Source: an uncultured Candidatus Saccharibacteria bacterium (lineage in GTDB: Bacteria; Patescibacteriota; UBA1384; DTJR01). Taken from it: 64,000 bases of DNA. Positions 1 to 6,960 of the stretch are shown here, piece after piece (positions within the stretch are counted from its first letter, which is position 1; each line of letters opens with the position of its first letter). The position numbers were made by a program, and so were the translations under genes. The DNA is taken from the NCBI GenBank assembly GCA_964580065.1, contig CAZOJE010000001.1, positions 23,717 through 87,716 on the forward strand, in the 5' to 3' direction. The notes beneath the pieces were generated by a model. That model was not told where the DNA came from, searched no databases, and saw nothing but the letters and a program-made list of their open reading frames with translations.

Positions 1-180
1 AATCGCTTTAGAGATCGGGTTTTGTTATAGGAGAGATCATCAAACGAAACTGCGTGCGGTTAATCTTAGCTCGGATTCGGAGCTCCGAATCAGAAAAAGA
101 GATTAAAGGATTCTCCGATTTTGTTAATCGATCAAATATTTTTAGCACCCGTTTTGGGTGTTTTTTTGTTTGCGTAAATA

Positions 181-2373
181 ATGAAATATAAAATCCACAA
201 AAGATCGATCATTCTCTCGTCGCTGGCAATCGCTCTAATTGCCACTCTTGGCATTTCCTTGCTTTATAAAACCAAGAAAGCTGACGCGGTAGCTATAAAC
301 TTGGCTGGACGAGCCCAAATTTTAAACACAAACGGCTACCTTAACTTCACCGATTACTCTGCCAATGTCACAACTTCCAATATCAGCTGCACTTTCGACG
401 GCTATGGCTGGTCTTCTGATATCGGTTGGGTGGCTTTTGGCACGAGTAATAATCTCGACGGCCCCGTAACCTGTGATTTGACAACCGGCATTCTCTCGGG
501 GAAAGCCAGCATCATAAATGATGGCTCAATCATTGATTTTAACGTCGATCCATATCATAGCAATGTCCGTATCCTTTCTTCCGGTGACTTTACCGGTTAT
601 GCTTGGTCAACGACACTCGGCTGGATCAATTTCACCGGTGTTTCAGCCCCAGGAATGATCATCGGCCCTACTTCAAGCTCAACTTCCTCGCCAACAACCA
701 CTGATACGATTTTCACCGAGCCGGCTCCAGTTGATACAACTTCAAGCCCAACACCTGCTTCAAGTCTAACTTCCTCATCAGCGACTAGCACAATTTTCAC
801 CGATCCGGCTCCTGTTGCCATGACTAAAAAAGAAATAATTGAGTTGCCTGACTTCAAATTTTATTTTGTTTTAGAAAATGGAAATCTTGAGGTCAAAATA
901 AATGGCGAAAAAGATTTTGAGCTGGTAAAAAACTCCGAGCTTTTAATTGGGATTCCAGCTGATATTTTTGCCAAGGAAGTCAATGCTATCACCATCACTA
1001 CTGCCGATTCTTCTTATCCGATGAATTTTTTGGCTGACAAAAACAAATATCAGGCAGTCATTTCCGTACCCCAAAAAGGCGAATGCGAACTGCGTATCCT
1101 AATAGCTTACAAAGACGACACAATTCAGGAAATTAAAAAAACTATCCTCGTCGACCCTCAAGGTTATATTTTTACTAAAAGCTCTTCTTATTTCGGTTTA
1201 GGCAGAAAGCAAGAAATGAGAATTGAAGGCGCGGAAGTTACTCTTTATAAGCTTGAAAACGGTGAGTTCCAAAAATGGGATGCCAAGGAATTTAAGCAAA
1301 ATAATCCGGTTATTTCCGACCAGTCGGGGGAATACTCATTTTTTGTGCCCAACGGTGAATACTATTTAGAGGTCAAAAAAAGTGGCTACCGAGACAAGAA
1401 AAGCGATAATTTTAAAGTGGAAAATCAGGTTCTCAACAAAAATATTGAGCTTGAACCCAATATCAAGCCCTGGATTTGGGCAGTGATTATGGCTGTTTTA
1501 GCCGGAATTGTTTTGGTTTTTTTATTGATGAGAAAAAAATTTATATTGAAAATTAAAAAAGGAGTTCGTATGAAAAAACTAATTACTATCCTTGTCAGTG
1601 CAATAGTTTTAGCAACCGGAGTTTTGGTTGGCTCCAGTTATGTCTTGGCTGAACAGTCGGGTTCTTCACCCGAGTCTGGTGTTACAAGTTATTTCAAAGC
1701 CACTTACGACTCGATTGTGGCGCTTTCACACGGTTCGGTTGCAGCCGGCGCTTGGGGCGACTGGGGTGCTTACTGGAACCGAATCAGATCGGCCGCTGAA
1801 TGGGTGCCGTCTGGCGATGCAGCCGTCACCGACGTTGTGTCGGGCAAAACTTTTTACAAAGATTCCCGAACCAAAGCCACTGGAACCAAACTAGTGGTCG
1901 GCCCTTGCCCAACACAGGCCTATCACGACTCGCATGCTTTAGCTACTGCTCAAAATAACTGCTCTCAAACATGGGAAAGCGAAACAAGTGTTACCGGTTC
2001 AGAAAAAAAAGATCCTGTCACCGGTTTAATCTGGAGTAACTTGCTGGTAAATAACGCCGGCACTGTGGCTTTCAGCCCAAGCACTAACTCCACTTGGAGC
2101 TGGGACGCTTCGGCTGCTGCTAACGTGGCGGTTGGCAATAAAACAGCTTCACAGCTTTGTAGCGAACGCGGAGATGGTTGGCGCTTACCAATGCAGAAGG
2201 AGTTAATGCAGGCCTACATTGATGGTTCGACATGGAATCTGACTCAGTCTGCCAACTTCTTTTGGTCAGCTACGGAGACATATAGCACGCTCGCTTGGTA
2301 CGTGACCTTGAATACTGGCCTCACGCTCAGCACCGATAAGACGACTGTGTATCAGTTACGTTGTGTCAGGTAA
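181..2373 (+). CDS. secreted/membrane protein: signal peptide, GW-type repeats, CarboxypepD_reg-like beta-sandwich, TM helix, then a second signal-peptide-like segment and a C-terminal DUF1566 (Lcl C-terminal) domain; possibly two genes fused
   Basis: N-terminal hydrophobic leader. Repeated GYGWSSDIGWVAFG / GYAWSTTLGWINFTG motifs. GEYSFFVPNGEYYLEVKKSGY matches the carboxypeptidase-regulatory fold. C-terminus TGLIWS...GWRLP..EL...FWSAT...VYQLRCVR matches DUF1566. An internal MKKLITILVSAIVLATGVLVG sits after a TM helix at about nt 1570, with AAGGAG 5 nt upstream. Confidence 0.55.
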   Translation: MKYKIHKRSIILSSLAIALIATLGISLLYKTKKADAVAINLAGRAQILNTNGYLNFTDYSANVTTSNISCTFDGYGWSSDIGWVAFGTSNNLDGPVTCDLTTGILSGKASIINDGSIIDFNVDPYHSNVRILSSGDFTGYAWSTTLGWINFTGVSAPGMIIGPTSSSTSSPTTTDTIFTEPAPVDTTSSPTPASSLTSSSATSTIFTDPAPVAMTKKEIIELPDFKFYFVLENGNLEVKINGEKDFELVKNSELLIGIPADIFAKEVNAITITTADSSYPMNFLADKNKYQAVISVPQKGECELRILIAYKDDTIQEIKKTILVDPQGYIFTKSSSYFGLGRKQEMRIEGAEVTLYKLENGEFQKWDAKEFKQNNPVISDQSGEYSFFVPNGEYYLEVKKSGYRDKKSDNFKVENQVLNKNIELEPNIKPWIWAVIMAVLAGIVLVFLLMRKKFILKIKKGVRMKKLITILVSAIVLATGVLVGSSYVLAEQSGSSPESGVTSYFKATYDSIVALSHGSVAAGAWGDWGAYWNRIRSAAEWVPSGDAAVTDVVSGKTFYKDSRTKATGTKLVVGPCPTQAYHDSHALATAQNNCSQTWESETSVTGSEKKDPVTGLIWSNLLVNNAGTVAFSPSTNSTWSWDASAAANVAVGNKTASQLCSERGDGWRLPMQKELMQAYIDGSTWNLTQSANFFWSATETYSTLAWYVTLNTGLTLSTDKTTVYQLRCVR

Positions 2374-2434
2374 CTCCGTGAGGTAAACCCCATTTAATGG
2401 GGATGCCTTTCTTTGGCTGAAATGATGCCATACT

Positions 2435-2460
2435 GAACTTATTTCAGCATCTCACAACAC
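2435..2460. repeat. 26-bp direct repeat, copy 1 (GAACTTATTTCAGCATCTCACAACAC), flanking the GIY-YIG gene
   Basis: Matches the copy at 2849-2875 at 24 of 26 positions. Confidence 0.6.
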
Positions 2461-2478
2461 TTCAGTATCTAAAAAATT

Positions 2479-2709
2479 ATGATAATGAAAACATATTTCA
2501 TTTACATTTTGACCAATCAGACCAACACCACTTTATACATTGGTGTGACCAATAATTTGCAGCGGAGGATGTACGAGCATAAGAATGAACTGATAGATGG
2601 TTTTAGTAAGAGATATAAACTCAAAAAACTTGTATATTCCGAGCAGTGCGAAGATGTGCTGAGTGCAATTTCGAGGGAAAAGCAGTTAAAAAACTGGCAT
2701 AGGGACTAG
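2479..2709 (+). CDS. GIY-YIG nuclease superfamily protein (short, UPF0213-like)
   Basis: YILTN..TLYIGVTNNLQRRMYEHK...GFSKRY...LVY.E....AISREKQLKNW is a GIY-YIG domain signature. Confidence 0.7.
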   Translation: MIMKTYFIYILTNQTNTTLYIGVTNNLQRRMYEHKNELIDGFSKRYKLKKLVYSEQCEDVLSAISREKQLKNWHRD

Positions 2710-2848
2710 AAGCTGAATTTAATCAAAAGCATTAATCCTACATTTAGAGATTTATCAAAAGATTGGGAACGAGATCCCGAAACGAGTTCGAAATGACAGA
2801 TTGCACTTCAGTTCGGGATGACACAGCCGGTTGTCATTTTGTCATGGC

Positions 2849-2875
2849 GAACTTGTTTCAGCATCTAATCAACAC
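2849..2875. repeat. 26-bp direct repeat, copy 2 (GAACTTGTTTCAGCATCTAATCAACAC)
   Basis: Near-identical to 2435-2460. The two copies bracket the GIY-YIG ORF. Confidence 0.6.
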
Positions 2876-2879
2876 AGAC

Positions 2880-3251
2880 CTACAAACCTGGTGGATTGAT
2901 CGCTTTTATTGTTCGAAAATCGAAGATACGTGAAGTTTTGCCGCCGATGTGCTCGAACTTCTCGTCTTCGGGACGACATACCCCGAAAAGCAGTTCAAGT
3001 GCTCCATCCTCGCCCTCGGTCAGGATGTGCTGGACTCGCGCAGCCTCGTCTACGTCACCTGCCTCGCCGGCTGCCGTAGCCGGCGTGAGTTGGGCCTCGT
3101 TCCGCGCGGCGTTCGCTGGGTTCAGGACTGCCGCGTTCTCGCCTTTCGCAAGTAGTCGTCCCTTTGGCCTAGAGAAAGCCATCGGGCGAGGAGCCGTCCG
3201 GCCCCCACGCATGACGTTATATGCGCGGGGGCTTTTGTTTTTAAGAGGCAA
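2880..3251 (-). CDS. GC-rich ORF fragment with strong GC3 bias (hypothetical; foreign-looking). The true start is probably internal (MAFSRPKGRLL...).
   Basis: Local GC is far above the window background. Codons are dominated by G/C in third position (GAC GAG GCG GTC CAG CAC ATC CTG ACC GAG GGC...). No recognisable family. Confidence 0.3.
   Translation of the reverse strand: MPLKNKSPRAYNVMRGGRTAPRPMAFSRPKGRLLAKGENAAVLNPANAARNEAQLTPATAAGEAGDVDEAARVQHILTEGEDGALELLFGVCRPEDEKFEHIGGKTSRIFDFRTIKAINPPGL
3202..3242 (+). terminator. Rho-independent terminator (stem CCCCCACGCAT/ATGCGCGGGGG followed by CTTTTGTTTT)
   Basis: GC-rich hairpin followed by a T-run, read on the + strand. Confidence 0.6.
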
Positions 3252-3581
3252 GGTTTTACAAAATCTAACAATTATTTTATAATTTGTTTGTAAGCAAAAT
3301 TGTTTGCTTGCGTTTTTTTTGTGACTTTTTTTAGGAGGGGATATTAATCAGGAACGAATTAGCGAATTAGAAAAATCGATTGAAAGCGTACAAAAATCAA
3401 CACGAACATTTTTTAGTTTTATGAATAAGCCGCACAACTGGTTGCGGATGAAATCAAAGCACTATTCTATCTTTCTATCTGTTATTTTTTGATTTTTTTG
3501 CTATGATAAAAAGGTCTAATTTAGCTGCTAAAAAAGCAGCCGTTATTTGATAGAAAACTTAGTTCACAATGGTTTTGATAG

Positions 3582-3656
3582 GCGGGTATCGTATAATGGT
3601 TATTATGTCAGCCTTCCAAGCTGAAGATGGCGGTCCGATTCCGCTTACCCGCTCCA
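3582..3656 (+). tRNA. tRNA-Gly (anticodon TCC)
   Basis: Acceptor GCGGGTA/TACCCGC. Anticodon stem TCAGC/GCTGA with loop CTTCCAA. T-arm GGCGG-TCCGATT-CCGCT. Encoded CCA. Confidence 0.85.
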
Positions 3657-3800
3657 AAAATAGTAGGTTAGTAGGTTAGTTGTTAGCGGGTAGGGAAGAA
3701 GAAAACAGAAAGAATAGTAAGTTAGTAGGCTAGTAGTTAGTGGGTAGTGGTTAGGGAAAAAGAGAACAGAAAGGATAGTAAGTTAGAAGGTTGGCGGGTA
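3657..3800. repeat. about 2.5 tandem copies of a roughly 62-bp unit (TAGTAGGTTAGT...GGGTAGGGAAGAAGAAAACAGAAAGAATAGTAA)
   Basis: Unit A 3657-3716, unit B 3717-3782, partial unit C to about 3810. Unit B contains the left arm of an inverted repeat that pairs with 4195-4230. Confidence 0.6.
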
Positions 3801-3846
3801 GTTGTTGGGGCAAGCTAGCCAAAAGACTGTTTTGCGTCTAGGTAAA

Positions 3847-4194
3847 ATGTTCAATTTTGAGAAATTAACCGTATACCAACGATCGCTTATACTAGCAACG
3901 AATTTGTCGAGAGTTGCTGGTGGCTTTCCATTGAAATATCGACGCATACAAGATCAGTTGATAGGTGCCGCCATTTCGGTAACTCTCAATATAGCCGAAG
4001 GATCTGGAAGGTATGGCAAAAGAGAAAAAATACAATTCTATCGAACGGCGCAAGCATCTGCTTTTGAGATAATTCCAATTTTGGAGATATGTGATAATCT
4101 TAATTTGCTCAAGAAAAATGAGTGGGCAGGTGAGGTTGAGGAAATTTGCAAAATGTTAAGTTCATTAATAAAAAAATTGAGTACATCCGAGTAG
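3847..4194 (+). CDS. four-helix-bundle protein (23S rRNA intervening-sequence protein family, PF05635-like)
   Basis: MFNFEKLTVYQRSLILATNL...PLKYRRIQDQLIGAAISVTLNIAEGSGRY...FYRTAQASAFEI matches the family hallmark (F.FE.L.VYQ...L..Q...AA.SI..NIAEG). Confidence 0.75.
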   Translation: MFNFEKLTVYQRSLILATNLSRVAGGFPLKYRRIQDQLIGAAISVTLNIAEGSGRYGKREKIQFYRTAQASAFEIIPILEICDNLNLLKKNEWAGEVEEICKMLSSLIKKLSTSE

Positions 4195-4230
4195 CCCTAA
4201 CCACTAACCTACTAACTACTAACAACTATT
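4195..4230. repeat. right arm of a roughly 34-bp inverted repeat (CCCTAACCACTAACCTACTAACTACTAACAACTA), reverse complement of 3725-3758
   Basis: The reverse complement of this arm matches TAGTAGTTAGT.GGTAGTGGTTAGGG in the upstream tandem repeat. The two arms bracket the four-helix-bundle ORF. Confidence 0.6.
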
Positions 4231-4234
4231 TCAT

Positions 4235-4311
4235 GCGCCCGTAGCTCAGCTGGATAGAGCGGCTGCCTTCTAAGCAGCAGGTCACAGGTTCGAATCCTGT
4301 CGGGCGTACCA
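4235..4311 (+). tRNA. tRNA-Arg (anticodon TCT)
   Basis: GCGCCCG-TA-GCTC-AGCTGGATA-GAGC...GCTGC-CTTCTAA-GCAGC...ACAGG-TTCGAAT-CCTGT-CGGGCGT-A-CCA. Confidence 0.85.
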
Positions 4312-4399
4312 GAATTTTCAATTCACCCGTAAGGGTGTGTTGAAAATTGTTTGGGAGCTACAGGATTCGAATGCCGGACTGAATCGCCGATTAGGCGAT

Positions 4400-4447
4400 G
4401 AGGGAGGCGGGGGTTTCGAGGGTGGAACTCGAAACTGCGGCGCACTC
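4400..4447. repeat. 47-nt motif GAGGGAGGCGGGGGTTTCGAGGGTGGAACTCGAAACTGCGGCGCACTC, identical to 35829-35877; internal hairpin GTTTCGAG-GGTGGAA-CTCGAAAC
   Basis: Exact 47-nt identity between the two loci. Both copies lie 90-100 bp downstream of a tRNA or tRNA fragment and share an upstream TGCCGGAC(T/C)GA block. Confidence 0.7.
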
Positions 4448-4525
4448 CTTAAAATGACTCCAAACGAGGAGTGGAAAGCAATGAAGTGCTTGAAGTGTCT
4501 GTCGACGAGTTGTTAGAATAAATTT

Positions 4526-5038
4526 ATGAAACAAAAAGTTATTTTATACATGGCAATAAGTTTGAACGGAATTATTGCCAAGAGCGATGATGACACAAGC
4601 TGGATTTCAAACGAAGAATGGGATAGCTATAGTTTAGCCGTGCGAACTGCTGGAAATCTCATTGTCGGTCATCGCACATACAACATACTTACTAAACAGC
4701 CGGAATTTTCAGAATTTAAAGATGTAAAACTTGTCGTCGTCGCTTATGATGATTTTCAAACTTTAGCAGAAAATCATTTAGTCGCTCATTCGCCCAAAGA
4801 AGCGTTGAAACTTTTGAGCGATTTTGAGCAGGTGGTCGTTGCGGGCGGCGGAACTCTTAACGCTTCTTTCGTTGAAGAAAATTTGATTGACGAAATTTTT
4901 ATTGATATTGAACCGATAGTTTTAGGTCAAGGCATCCCACTTTTCAAAGATAAAAACTTTGAGCGTAACCTAAAATTGCTCGGGCAAAGACAAATAAGCG
5001 ATAATGAAATACAACTTCATTATGAGGTTTTGAAATAA
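4526..5038 (+). CDS. dihydrofolate reductase family protein (RibD C-terminal-domain-like)
   Basis: KVILYMAISLNGIIAKSDDDTSW...AGNLIVGHRTY...VVVAGGGTLNASFVEENLIDEIFIDIEPIVLGQGIPLF is a typical DHFR-like pattern. Confidence 0.8.
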   Translation: MKQKVILYMAISLNGIIAKSDDDTSWISNEEWDSYSLAVRTAGNLIVGHRTYNILTKQPEFSEFKDVKLVVVAYDDFQTLAENHLVAHSPKEALKLLSDFEQVVVAGGGTLNASFVEENLIDEIFIDIEPIVLGQGIPLFKDKNFERNLKLLGQRQISDNEIQLHYEVLK

Positions 5039-5204
5039 TATTGCAGCAATTCATAAAAAAGTTTGGCCAGAAATTTTATAAAAATTAACAAAACATAAAA
5101 TCAGCCCTATGGGTTGATTTTTTTATCATAATACGCTATAATTATTAGCTGTGTTGAAAGCGACATTAAATATGTTGTGTGAGAACATTGAAAATGAGTA
5201 GTTA

Positions 5205-5260
5205 GAAGCAGCTTAGTAAGCTATCCATTTATGATATTTTACTAAGCTGCTTCTGGCACT
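5205..5260. repeat. perfect 16-bp inverted repeat (AGAAGCAGCTTAGTAA ... TTACTAAGCTGCTTCT) with a 19-nt loop, at the edge of GC-rich islet 2
   Basis: Read directly from the sequence. A strong hairpin immediately upstream of the GC-rich segment. Confidence 0.7.
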
Positions 5261-5408
5261 TTAGTGTCGAAGCGGCGGCCGTCTCGCTAGAGCGAGCGGC
5301 AGTGTCTTCCCGAGATTTCGGGTTGCACAGGCACTACCTCAAAAGGAATCGGGGGTCCCAACCGATTCGCCACTTTAACAAAAGTGGAATCACCAGGAGG
5401 TGAGTGGG

Positions 5409-5834
5409 ATGTCTGGTTTCTACGAAAGCCGTAGAAGTGAATACCTCCAGGGCGCCAACCGGCGGCTGGAGGGGGAGTATGGCTTGTCGTTTTTTTTAGT
5501 CGAGGATCGCGTCCGGTGTCGCAAAGGCGCGACCTTCAACTTGAAGCTGAAGTTCAATGACGTGCCGCAGGTTGTCGAATTCGACATCCTGCTGGCACAG
5601 CCGCGGAAGCGGCTCCGCCGAGCGGTTGCCGCCGTCGAGCAGCACGGCCTTTTGGGCGTGCTGCTCGACCCAGAGACTTATCTCTGGGAGTCGATCCGCG
5701 ACGGAATTGTTTTTGGCCTGGAGCCGGCTCAATGGCTTCTTGAGCCGGTGCTTTCACGCGTCGCGCCCGAAGTTTGGGCGCAGGCGGTAGAGGGGGTCCG
5801 AGCTGACGCAAAAGAGCTCGGACGGGCGTGCTGA
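5409..5834 (+). CDS. GC-rich hypothetical protein (strong GC3 bias; foreign-looking)
   Basis: AGGAGGTG Shine-Dalgarno 6 nt before the ATG. Codon third positions are overwhelmingly G/C, unlike neighbouring genes. Followed by a terminator. No family recognised. Confidence 0.45.
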   Translation: MSGFYESRRSEYLQGANRRLEGEYGLSFFLVEDRVRCRKGATFNLKLKFNDVPQVVEFDILLAQPRKRLRRAVAAVEQHGLLGVLLDPETYLWESIRDGIVFGLEPAQWLLEPVLSRVAPEVWAQAVEGVRADAKELGRAC

Positions 5835-5861
5835 TGAGCGGGGGCACCGGGTAACACTTAC

Positions 5862-5897
5862 GGGACAGGTCGATGCGACCTGTCCCGTTTGCTTTTG
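5862..5897 (+). terminator. Rho-independent terminator (GGGACAGGTCG...CGACCTGTCCC followed by GTTTGCTTTTG)
   Basis: 11-bp GC-rich stem followed by a T-run. Confidence 0.65.
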
Positions 5898-5911
5898 CCA
5901 AAATTCTCACC

Positions 5912-6340
5912 TCAATTATTTCCCAATTTAGAAAGATATTGTTCCATTAGGTTTGCATCATTAATGTCTTTCTGGCGGCCTTCGCCATCTGCAATCCAGC
6001 GGCGTTTTACTTCAAGCAAAAACTTTATTGAATTATAACGGATACCGTCTATTATTGTTGAATGATTGAGCAAATCAGCAAATTCCCAAATTTTTCCAGC
6101 AACTATCCACTTTGTTCTGATTTCCAAAAAACCATCGGCTAAAACCTCGCACCCGTGATTTTGCTCTTTTGTAAAACGACCGCTGTCGAGAAGCTCTTAG
6201 TATTTTTCTTTTGTGACGATAACGTCAATGTCTCCGCTTTCGCGAAGATTGAGTGCATTTAAAATACCCGAGCCGATAACGACAGCATTGTCAGGGTCTA
6301 AGCCGAGGTTGTCAAGTTCAATCTTGATATTTTTTCATTC
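5912..6340 (-). pseudogene. nucleotidyltransferase-domain gene disrupted by an in-frame TAA (about nt 6196-6198 on the + strand) and a probable 5' frameshift
   Basis: The minus-strand translation reads ...LDNLGLDPDNAVVIGSGILNALNLRESGDIDVIVTKEKY*ELLDSGRFTKEQNHGCEVLADGFLEIRTKWIVAGKIWEFADLLNHS... in a single frame. The GSG...DIDV motif is typical of a minimal nucleotidyltransferase. The initiator ATG at about 6338 is out of frame. Confidence 0.45.
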
Positions 6341-6387
6341 GCCATATAAAAGCTATTTAAGAACTTTTTGCCGGTGATGCAAAATGT

Positions 6388-6960
6388 TTATTTTATTTTT
6401 AATCCGTCGAGAAAAATTGTACTTACAGTTGCGATAATTTTTGTTTTTGGGGTTTTAGGGCTAAAGATAATCCAGCGCAAACCGGTGGCAAAAACAAATG
6501 AAAAGAAAACGGTGGTTGTGATTTTAGGATCAATATTTTGTTTAAACTCTTTTTGCTTGATTCCTTCTTTAATTATCTGCGAAATGATTTTGGTATATTT
6601 ACCGTGAATTTTATCAACGCTTCTTTTCCAATAACTTTCAATACGCCAAAGTTCGGCGAAAATAACGCGGCAAATATCCCTATATTCCACTAAATAATCT
6701 AACTCAATCTCGATTATTTTTTCCATTTTTTCAGACGCATTTTGAAGATTTTTAGTGCCATCTTGGATTAACAAGAAAATATCGTCAATTCCTTGATCTA
6801 TGAGGGCAAAGAGTAGCTCTTTCTTACTTTTAAAATGATAATAAAAAGTTCCTTTTGCTGTTTTAGCTTCTAAAACTATTTCATCAACAGACGCGTTGTC
6901 AAAACCCTTTTGAGCGAATATTTTTGCCGCGGCTTTAAATATCCTATCTTTTGTTTCCAT
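6388..6960 (-). CDS. TetR/AcrR family transcriptional regulator
   Basis: N-terminal HTH: IFKAAAKIFAQKGFDNASVDEIVLEAKTAKGTFYYHFKSKKELLFAL. Confidence 0.85.
   Translation of the reverse strand: METKDRIFKAAAKIFAQKGFDNASVDEIVLEAKTAKGTFYYHFKSKKELLFALIDQGIDDIFLLIQDGTKNLQNASEKMEKIIEIELDYLVEYRDICRVIFAELWRIESYWKRSVDKIHGKYTKIISQIIKEGIKQKEFKQNIDPKITTTVFFSFVFATGLRWIIFSPKTPKTKIIATVSTIFLDGLKIK

Noticed and set aside
2896-3282. + strand 128-aa ORF in GC-rich islet 1
   Set aside because: It is antisense to the strongly GC3-biased minus-strand ORF, and its product is low-complexity Ser/Ala/Pro-rich. Typical shadow ORF of a GC-rich segment.
3330-3490. Possible small ORF after an AGGAGG motif (…ISELEKSIESVQKSTRTFFSFMNKPHNWLRMKSKHYSIFLSVIF)
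   Set aside because: No canonical start codon follows the SD at suitable spacing (it would need ATT or ATA). Retained only as a note.
5205-5900. Retron (msr-msd hairpin plus downstream gene)
   Set aside because: The downstream ORF is 141 aa with no reverse-transcriptase motifs (no YxDD). The hairpin alone is insufficient.
5496-5910. Minus-strand ORFs (78 aa, 118 aa) and a + strand 77-aa ORF inside islet 2
   Set aside because: They overlap the better-supported 5409-5834 + strand ORF, which has an SD and a terminator. Products are Arg/Pro/Ala low-complexity.
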